Virus record (IMG/VR): IMGVR_UViG_3300025137_005045
DNA: 64,000 nucleotides
Direction: 5' to 3' (one strand)
Source of the DNA: a virus
Taxonomy: Duplodnaviria > Caudoviricetes
Positions 57,621-64,000 of the stretch are shown here, piece by piece; position 1 is the stretch's first letter, and every line of letters starts with the position of its first letter. The notes beneath the pieces were generated by a model that worked only from the letters and a program-made list of their open reading frames with translations, was not told where the DNA came from and did no database searches. The position numbers and the translations under genes are program-made.

Positions 57621-58085
57621 ATGGAAAAACAATTAATAGAATGGATGAAAGAGTTTGTAGAACAACCTAACCCTAAATTAGGTAATTGGGCTCCTTGCCC
57701 TTATGCTCGTGCGGCACGCATAAACAATCAAATTGAAATTCGTCAAGGTACTAATCCTCTCATTGATGTTGAGAGTATAAACTGGAAACGTGAAGTGTAT
57801 GTATTTTGGTATCCAACAGAACAGTATACAGGCCTAGAGTTTGAGCAGATAGCACGAGATCTAAATGATGCTTATATGCCAAACGACATTGTGGTACTAG
57901 AAGATCATCCAGAGTTAGTTGAAACAGTGAATGGTGTCCACATGAACTTTGGACAATCAGCGTTGCTGATAGTACAAAGATTGAAAGAATTGAACTCAGC
58001 CGCTGACAAATTACGTAGCAAAGGATATTATGATCATTGGAACCAGTCAGAATTAGATCAAGTAGTGACCTGGCGTAATAGGTAA
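57621..58085 (+). CDS. DUF1415-like protein
   Basis: W...FVEQP...NWAPCPYA resembles the LCPFA motif. Confidence 0.5.
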   Translation: MEKQLIEWMKEFVEQPNPKLGNWAPCPYARAARINNQIEIRQGTNPLIDVESINWKREVYVFWYPTEQYTGLEFEQIARDLNDAYMPNDIVVLEDHPELVETVNGVHMNFGQSALLIVQRLKELNSAADKLRSKGYYDHWNQSELDQVVTWRNR

Positions 58086-58086
58086 G

Positions 58087-58539
58087 ATGATGTTATCACC
58101 AAACGACCAAAATCTATATTACGCCAGAATTGATCTAGCAAAAACTAATTACAAAACAATAAAAAATTTTAAAGTAATCAATAATCCTAACATTGACGAA
58201 CTACAATCAATCTTTAAAAAATATTGTGATCATAAAAAGTTCCTAAGCGTGGAACCTATGTGGGACAACGAATTTATATGGGAACACAATGACGTATTAG
58301 GTTATTATGATGACGCCAAACTGGTTGCGTGGAGTGTGGTTACCAAGTATAATGAAGATGTAGCATACGCAGTGCAGTTTGCTTGGGATTACGATAATCC
58401 CAAATTGTCACTGGGTATTAAAAGTTTACAAACAGAATGTGCTTACTATAAAAGTCAAGGTTACCGGTATTACTATCTAGGCGAAGCACACAAGTATAAA
58501 GAACAATTTGATGGATTTGAAATATTAGGAAAACTTTAA
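58087..58539 (+). CDS. ATE_C-like (Arg/Leu-tRNA-protein transferase C-domain, GNAT fold) protein
   Basis: KLVAWSV...SLGIKSLQTECAYYKSQGYRYYYLG...YKEQFDGFEIL parallels Bpt/ATE LVAV...SLGT...YLYLG...YK..F. Confidence 0.65.
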   Translation: MMLSPNDQNLYYARIDLAKTNYKTIKNFKVINNPNIDELQSIFKKYCDHKKFLSVEPMWDNEFIWEHNDVLGYYDDAKLVAWSVVTKYNEDVAYAVQFAWDYDNPKLSLGIKSLQTECAYYKSQGYRYYYLGEAHKYKEQFDGFEILGKL

Positions 58540-58871
58540 TGGACATATATAATATTTGGGCAGATAAGAAAGGTGACATAGACGATCAACAATGGATTAC
58601 TAATATGAATGCTTTTTTACAGCAGTTAGTAGATGAAGGTAAGATGGAAAAGTTTCGTGTTATGCGTATGAAATTAGGGTTTAGGAGCATGGATATACCA
58701 GAGTGGCATATCATGATGGAATTTAAAGATATGAACCAACTTGACGCCGCCCACAATAGAGTAGCACCACTCAAAGGTGAACTAGAAGATAAACATAAGA
58801 GCTTTAATCAATTTGTGGATGTAGAAACAATACAACACGCTTTATACAGAGATTACCCAGATGACATATAG
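58539..58871 (+). CDS. DUF6614-like protein
   Basis: YNIWAD, RMKLGFR, WHIMME...QLDAA, ALYRDYPD. Confidence 0.65.
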   Translation: MDIYNIWADKKGDIDDQQWITNMNAFLQQLVDEGKMEKFRVMRMKLGFRSMDIPEWHIMMEFKDMNQLDAAHNRVAPLKGELEDKHKSFNQFVDVETIQHALYRDYPDDI

Positions 58872-60000
58872 CGTACACCAACACTGGGATCCACTTAAAG
58901 TATGTGCAGTAGGTATATCATATCCACCAGAGTTCTATTCGTTTATTAAAAACGCTAAAGCACGTGGTGTTATGGAACGGATTGCCCAAGAAACTGAAGA
59001 AGACTATCAAAGTTTAATTAAGATATTACATAGGTTTGGTGTTGAGACTGTAAGGCCACGTCTTAGTAATGATCTAAGTCAATATTTTAGAGTGAACGGA
59101 TCTCCTATGCCGCCGAGCTTTATGACACCTAGAGATTATACGGCAATGATAGGTGACACATTTTATATGCCGGGTCAGAAGCTTACCGCTGAGAAATCCT
59201 GGAATAATGTTAAAGGACCAGACTGGCCGGTTGACTATCCAGGGTGGGATAATTTAGAATCCTGGATACAACAAGAGTTGCTAGAAGTACATGGTGTAGG
59301 AAAGAATGATATTAATTTTGACTATTTCGTACCTATTTCAGAGTTATTACAGCAACAAGGGAATAAGATCATTGAAACTTCTGGAGTGATCAATTCAGCA
59401 GTGATTACTCGTATTGGTCGAGATCTATATCACGGAACTAATGACTACAATCAAGATCAGGATCAATTATTACAAGATCGAACAGAGATATTCCCTAACT
59501 ATCGCAATCATGTTGTTAACTCAGGTGGACATAGCGACGCGACATTCTGCCCCGTTAAACCTGGATTAATTGTTAGTTTACAAGATATACCAACATACCA
59601 GGAAACATTCCCAGACTGGGAGGTAGTATATCTCCCAGGGCAAAGTTGGACTCGTGTTAAACCTTTCTTAGATCTTAAAGAAAAAAATAAAGGAAAATTT
59701 TGGGTTCCTGGAGAAGAATATAACGATGACTTTACAGACTATGTGAACGAGTGGTTAGGCAAGTGGGTGGGGTACGTTGAAGAAACGGTATTTGATGTTA
59801 ACATGTTGGTCATCGACGAACACAATGTCATAGTCAACAACGAAAACGATCAAGTGTTTGAAGCTTTTGAAAGACATGGTGTCACGCCTCATGTATGTAA
59901 TTTTAGACATAGATACTTCTGGGACGGTGGTATACACTGTATAACCAGTGACTTACATAGAGAAGGCACACAACAAAACTACTTTCCTAAAAGAGGTTGA
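58861..60000 (+). CDS. Second amidinotransferase
   Basis: HQHWDPLKVCAVG, TPRD, GHSDATF, FDVNML, YFWDGGIHCITSDL. Confidence 0.88.
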   Translation: MTYSVHQHWDPLKVCAVGISYPPEFYSFIKNAKARGVMERIAQETEEDYQSLIKILHRFGVETVRPRLSNDLSQYFRVNGSPMPPSFMTPRDYTAMIGDTFYMPGQKLTAEKSWNNVKGPDWPVDYPGWDNLESWIQQELLEVHGVGKNDINFDYFVPISELLQQQGNKIIETSGVINSAVITRIGRDLYHGTNDYNQDQDQLLQDRTEIFPNYRNHVVNSGGHSDATFCPVKPGLIVSLQDIPTYQETFPDWEVVYLPGQSWTRVKPFLDLKEKNKGKFWVPGEEYNDDFTDYVNEWLGKWVGYVEETVFDVNMLVIDEHNVIVNNENDQVFEAFERHGVTPHVCNFRHRYFWDGGIHCITSDLHREGTQQNYFPKRG

Positions 60001-60025
60001 CCTTTTAACCAAAATACCGTATAAT
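59997..60025 (+). promoter_or_regulatory. sigma70-type early promoter (leaderless uvsE)
   Basis: TTGACC-17 nt-TATAAT; ATG at 60032 is the predicted +1. Confidence 0.75.
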
Positions 60026-60031
60026 ACTTGC

Positions 60032-61063
60032 ATGACCAAAAAAATTGGATTTGCATGTAAGTGGATTGATCGTGAAGATCAAGTAGATGGCATTAAACCT
60101 AAAGATGATGCCAAGCAATACAATACACGTTCAACAACAGTGCGTTGGCTAAACAATCAAACTCGAGAAGTAGCAGAGCAAAGACTATGGGACCTTATGG
60201 TCCATAACATAGAGTCCACACGTAAACTAATAGAAAGAGTAGGAGGATTAGATGAGCATCTCAGAATGGTTCGGCTTTCAAGTGATATATTACCTGTTTA
60301 TACTCAGCATGAGTGGAGCTACTTTTGGCGCCGCAGTGATGTTATTGCTTACGCAGAGCGGGCGTTTGATCAAGTGGGTCAGTTGGCTCGTGGTCTTGGG
60401 GTCCGTTTGTCTTTTCATCCAGGGCAGTTTACAGTTTTGGCAAGTGCTAACCCAAGCATTGTCGAGCGTAGCATTGAAGAATTCGAATATCATAATGATA
60501 TGATCCGTTGGATGGGTTTTGGTAAAACATTCCAAGACTTCAAGTGTAACGTACATATATCAGGTAAGCAAGGTCCAGAGGGTATTATCAAAGCATTACC
60601 AAGACTATCACCTGAGGCACGCAACACACTTACAATAGAAAATGACGAAATATCCTGGGGATTAGATGCCAGTTTAGAACTAGTAGAACATTGTGCTTTG
60701 GTGTTAGACATACATCATCATTACATTAAGACAGGTGAATACATTGAACCCACAGATGATAGATACAAAAAGCTATTAGAGTCGTGGCGAGGTGTACGTC
60801 CTGTTATACACTATTCATACAGTAGAGACGAATGGTTGCCCGAGGGCTTTGACCATAGTGAACTACCTAACTTAAACTTATTACTTGAGAGTGGACACAA
60901 GAAACAGAAGTTGCGAGCTCACAGTGATTTTTACCCTAACCAACTAGCCAATGATTGGGCTTTACAATTCTTATCGCATTCAGATATTATGTGTGAAGCT
61001 AAAGGCAAGAACATAGCTAGTTTCCGTGTAGCCGATAGAGCAAAGGAGTTAAATTTATTATGA
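60032..61063 (+). CDS. uvsE: UV-damage endonuclease UvsE/UVDE
   Basis: KIGFAC, RLSSDILP, RLSFHPGQF, IENDE, LDIHHH, RAHSD, MCEAKGK. Confidence 0.93.
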   Translation: MTKKIGFACKWIDREDQVDGIKPKDDAKQYNTRSTTVRWLNNQTREVAEQRLWDLMVHNIESTRKLIERVGGLDEHLRMVRLSSDILPVYTQHEWSYFWRRSDVIAYAERAFDQVGQLARGLGVRLSFHPGQFTVLASANPSIVERSIEEFEYHNDMIRWMGFGKTFQDFKCNVHISGKQGPEGIIKALPRLSPEARNTLTIENDEISWGLDASLELVEHCALVLDIHHHYIKTGEYIEPTDDRYKKLLESWRGVRPVIHYSYSRDEWLPEGFDHSELPNLNLLLESGHKKQKLRAHSDFYPNQLANDWALQFLSHSDIMCEAKGKNIASFRVADRAKELNLL

Positions 61064-61287
61064 ACAAAGAAACTTTGTACTGGATAGTCTGTATAATATT
61101 AACAGGTTTATTTTTTAATCTAATAACAGGTTGTGCTAATACACAAATGGCACAACAAAATGCACAAGATGCTGAGTATCGAAAACAAACAGCTGAATAT
61201 GTAGAAAGTCAGAAAAAGCAAATAGGTACCAGAGTAAAAAACGCATCAGGCCCCTTAGAAGTACCAGCAGACTTATATGCTGATTAA
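61060..61287 (+). CDS. Putative lipoprotein
   Basis: Signal ending LITG-C. Confidence 0.6.
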   Translation: MNKETLYWIVCIILTGLFFNLITGCANTQMAQQNAQDAEYRKQTAEYVESQKKQIGTRVKNASGPLEVPADLYAD

Positions 61288-61305
61288 TAAAACAAATTTA
61301 ATTGG

Positions 61306-61334
61306 TTGACCATAAAATACAAATGTCGTATAAT
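61306..61334 (+). promoter_or_regulatory. sigma70-type early promoter (leaderless)
   Basis: TTGACC-17 nt-TATAAT; ATG at 61341 is the predicted +1. Confidence 0.75.
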
Positions 61335-61340
61335 GTGTAC

Positions 61341-61568
61341 ATGAAAGTTTTATTATTAGTATTGTTATTAAGTGGATGTTCTGCATATTCACATAAACCA
61401 GCACCGGATTCGGTAGCTATAATGCCAAATGATTGTGCTAACGAACAAGCATTAACAAACTATCTTGAACAACAAATAGAGAGGACAGATGATGAAGCTA
61501 CTAAACGTCGCTACAAGCATCGTCTTTGGGACTTCCGTTATAATTGCAACCTCGTTGCAAGCAAATGA
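61341..61568 (+). CDS. Putative lipoprotein
   Basis: MKVLLLVLLLSG-C lipobox. Confidence 0.75.
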   Translation: MKVLLLVLLLSGCSAYSHKPAPDSVAIMPNDCANEQALTNYLEQQIERTDDEATKRRYKHRLWDFRYNCNLVASK

Positions 61569-61815
61569 ACGGGAACCAATGGACTTTGAAGATTTAGATC
61601 ATTTTCAAATTGATTGTAATTTAAAGAAAGAGCAGACAGAGTTTTTAAATTCAATGAGAACTAAAAATAAAACGTGGGCCCGATTTCAGTGGAAATTTAT
61701 GCCGTGGCAAGCTGTTACTGATCACAAGGGATATTCAAAAAATAAAAGGCAAGCAACAGGAGCATACGATTGGGTGATAAATCAACACTTACACACTATA
61801 GCATCGCAGTGCTAA
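61489..61815 (+). CDS. Putative secreted protein
   Basis: Signal-like N-terminus ending LQA-N. Confidence 0.5.
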   Translation: MMKLLNVATSIVFGTSVIIATSLQANEREPMDFEDLDHFQIDCNLKKEQTEFLNSMRTKNKTWARFQWKFMPWQAVTDHKGYSKNKRQATGAYDWVINQHLHTIASQC

Positions 61816-62348
61816 TTGCATGTAGTGCAAATTTTGCACTTGCAGACTGTAATGTTAAGTCAAATATTGTAACTAATGCAACTTTAGACAATTTCGATAT
61901 AAAAAATAAAACTGATTTTGAATTTATAACAGTTGACAACGGAAAGAGAGCGTGTAAAGCTACTATTAGAACTTCATTTAATGGAACTCCTATTACAATT
62001 ACTGAACAAGCAATAATGCAAAGTGGTGTACATATATTAGAAACATGTAAACTAGCAGAAGCACAATCAATAGAACAATTAATTAAGCGTGTCGGCGAAG
62101 TTAGCATCACCGCTCGTAGTGAAATGAACTGTGATGAAAGTGAGAATACAATGTTCTCTCCTAAAGTTGGTAACATAGGAAAGTTAACACAATTTAAGAA
62201 AGATGGAAAATATAATAGAACATTTGTACATCAAGGATCAGAATGTATTTGGTTCAATGATGTTGAGTGGACCGGAGAGCTACATCAAGCTAACGGAATT
62301 GCATGTAAGTTAACAGATGATAATTATGTTGTGGTTGACAAATTTTAA
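61770..62348 (+). CDS. Putative secreted Cys-containing protein
   Basis: Signal-like ALA-D, paired Cys; start uncertain. Confidence 0.55.
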   Translation: MGDKSTLTHYSIAVLIACSANFALADCNVKSNIVTNATLDNFDIKNKTDFEFITVDNGKRACKATIRTSFNGTPITITEQAIMQSGVHILETCKLAEAQSIEQLIKRVGEVSITARSEMNCDESENTMFSPKVGNIGKLTQFKKDGKYNRTFVHQGSECIWFNDVEWTGELHQANGIACKLTDDNYVVVDKF

Positions 62349-62363
62349 GTTTGGTGTTATACT
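62335..62363 (+). promoter_or_regulatory. sigma70-type promoter
   Basis: TTGACA-17 nt-TATACT. Confidence 0.7.
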
Positions 62364-62395
62364 AACAAGGTATTTTAAATAAGGAAGGTACAATT

Positions 62396-63049
62396 ATGGA
62401 TATTCGTAAACTAATAGGAGCAGTGAGTGTGTTGGCACTTGTAGGTTGTGCTAGTGCTCCACAAGGTCCAGCTGAGGTAGCAGTACAAAAAACAATTGAT
62501 GATATACCTAAATGGTATGTTGAGCTACCTGAAGTTGATGAAGATGAAAAAGTATTATATGTTGCAGGTACAGGTAAGAGTGGCATGCTGATGCTAGCAA
62601 AAGATAAAGCTATTCTAGATGTTGAAAAACAACTAGCTAACAAAATATCAGCAAAGGTTAGCTCACGTTTCAAACAGTATATCAGAGAAGTTGGTGCTGG
62701 TACACCGTTAACTATTCAGGACAACGAACAGGTTGTTAAGAAATTAGTTACAGAAGCAAATGTTGCAGGTTATATCAATGAAGATCATGAAATACAACGT
62801 GAAGGTGATCAGTATCGTGTTTATATCCTGGCAAAGTATCCAATTGAGGATAATACACTAAGAGCTATTGCACAAACTGAACAATTGATCAACAAGTTCA
62901 AAGGCGACAAGGATAAAGCATTTAAAGAACTTGATAGAGAAATTGATGCTAATAGAGATGGTGGAGCACCAACTTATGCAACACCTGAAGCATCTGAAGT
63001 TAGTTTTAATGAAATATCAGAAGTACAAGTATTTCCATTAGCTAACTAG
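62396..63049 (+). CDS. LPP20-like lipoprotein
   Basis: Lipobox LVG-C; PKWY...YVAGTGKS...AKDKA. Confidence 0.75.
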   Translation: MDIRKLIGAVSVLALVGCASAPQGPAEVAVQKTIDDIPKWYVELPEVDEDEKVLYVAGTGKSGMLMLAKDKAILDVEKQLANKISAKVSSRFKQYIREVGAGTPLTIQDNEQVVKKLVTEANVAGYINEDHEIQREGDQYRVYILAKYPIEDNTLRAIAQTEQLINKFKGDKDKAFKELDREIDANRDGGAPTYATPEASEVSFNEISEVQVFPLAN

Positions 63050-63080
63050 TAAAAGCTACAGGGCAGTCGACGGCCCAAAG

Positions 63081-63106
63081 GAGCCCACTTCGGTGGGTTT
63101 CTTTTT
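63081..63106. terminator. Terminator between convergent genes
   Basis: GAGCCCAC-ttcg-GTGGGTTT followed by CTTTTT. Confidence 0.8.
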
Positions 63107-63108
63107 GA

Positions 63109-63933
63109 CTATTGTAAGTTATATTTTTCCATTAATTCCCAAGGTAGGCTAGTTACAGACTCTCTGCCTTCGAAGTGACAGTATGCTAACCAATGTTGCC
63201 AAGCACGTACCTGATCTGGATCTGGATAGTAAGGATTTTCTATTTCTGATAAATCTTGTGAACACATTTCGTTAGCGGCACACGGTGCTGATGTAAACGT
63301 GGGTATTCCATAACCAATTGCTTCAACAGCGGCCATGCTATTATATGTAACCAGAGCAAAGATCTTGTCACGATCAAATTGATGATATATGCTATTTTTT
63401 TCAATTCTGAGTTGACGTATTGGTCTATCTCTAATAATAATAGGACGATCAGTATATTTCTTTATTTCTGCTATAGTTTTCTCAAACCAATCTTTAAGAG
63501 AGTATCCATAATAAAAACAACTCTTATTTGCCGCTGGTGCTATTAAGATTGCACGACCATCTCGTTTCCATTTAGAAAATCTTAAAGGATGAGAATGACC
63601 AGCTGATTCCACTAACTCACACTGTGACTCAAACCTATCATCAGGTAAATCATACCTAGGCTTACTATGTTGTATATCGTTTGGTACCATACGAACAAAA
63701 GATTTCCGAGGAGTTACATTGCCATAATAACCACAGTCCATATAGTACCAAGGTCTTCCAGTCTTCTTGGCTATATTAATTGCTTTACGATTACCAATAA
63801 AATTACGAAATAATGCCGGTGTGTCTACAGGTAATGTATCCAGATCTTTTCTTGAACAAAAAGTTATATTGTTCATATGATCGTTCATAGCATTAATGAA
63901 AACATCGTCTCGGTCTATTGATAGTAGTTTCAT
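63109..63933 (-). CDS. Conserved phage protein, glycosyltransferase-like
   Basis: WYYMDCGYY, IIIRDRP, ALVTYNSMAAVEAIGYGIPTF, WQHWLAYC. Confidence 0.6.
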   Translation of the reverse strand: MKLLSIDRDDVFINAMNDHMNNITFCSRKDLDTLPVDTPALFRNFIGNRKAINIAKKTGRPWYYMDCGYYGNVTPRKSFVRMVPNDIQHSKPRYDLPDDRFESQCELVESAGHSHPLRFSKWKRDGRAILIAPAANKSCFYYGYSLKDWFEKTIAEIKKYTDRPIIIRDRPIRQLRIEKNSIYHQFDRDKIFALVTYNSMAAVEAIGYGIPTFTSAPCAANEMCSQDLSEIENPYYPDPDQVRAWQHWLAYCHFEGRESVTSLPWELMEKYNLQ

Positions 63934-64000
63934 AATTTAGGTTGCTGTTCCATCCAATTAAATAAATTATTATATTCTGTTTTATAGTCTTTCCAATATG
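63930..64000 (-). CDS. 3' end of a minus-strand gene cut by the window edge
   Basis: ...YWKDYKTEYNNLFNWMEQQPKL* with ATGA overlap onto next gene. Confidence 0.5.
   Translation of the reverse strand, partial: YWKDYKTEYNNLFNWMEQQPKL

Noticed and set aside
59948-60031. Longer N-terminus for UvsE from the ORF track
   Set aside because: Overlaps the amidinotransferase end and a consensus promoter; family similarity starts at MTKKIGFAC (60032)
1-64000. Stop-codon reassignment (TAG/TGA recoding seen in some large phages)
   Set aside because: Conserved genes are full length under the standard code; TAG (nqrF, iscA) and TGA (ligase, ATGA overlaps) end genes at expected positions
1-64000. Bacterial chromosome or eukaryotic giant-virus origin
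   Set aside because: Housekeeping genes appear as isolated pieces (nqrF, pqqA, clpX, rpsU without their operons) among phage hypotheticals, PAAR and T4-like late boxes; SD sites and sigma70 promoters argue against an NCLDV
1-64000. tRNA or tmRNA genes
   Set aside because: No cloverleaf with T-loop and acceptor stem seen in intergenic space by eye; the GGTTCGAA at about 34549 is inside the curlin CDS. tRNAscan/ARAGORN would be definitive

Overview
AT-rich, gene-dense 64 kb segment, almost all on the + strand, that reads as part of a large T4-like (myovirus-type) phage genome rather than a cellular chromosome. Evidence: recurrent (TA)TAAATA late-promoter boxes, near-consensus sigma70 early promoters, a PAAR spike gene, class Ia ribonucleotide reductase, ATP-dependent DNA ligase, a SleB-type wall hydrolase, bS21 and Hsp20. 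The host is inferred to be a marine methylotroph of the Methylophilaceae/OM43 type, from a Methylophilaceae-like PqqA peptide plus proteobacterial NqrF and IscS. Main accessory blocks: (i) iscS-iscU-DUF1289-B12 radical SAM-iscA; (ii) clpX-rpsU-hsp20 (behind a ROSE-like thermometer)-clpS; (iii) csgF-csgG-curlin-FecR-PA14/curlin, with a CHASE2 adenylate cyclase 9 kb downstream; (iv) a metabolic island between these two parts carrying two desaturases, ahcY, two porins, a glutamine riboswitch, nqrF, thioredoxin and pqqA; (v) a sugar-dehydrogenase / amidinotransferase / ATE-like transferase cluster. No tRNA, CRISPR array or transposase was recognised. All family calls are motif recognition by eye, not database searches.
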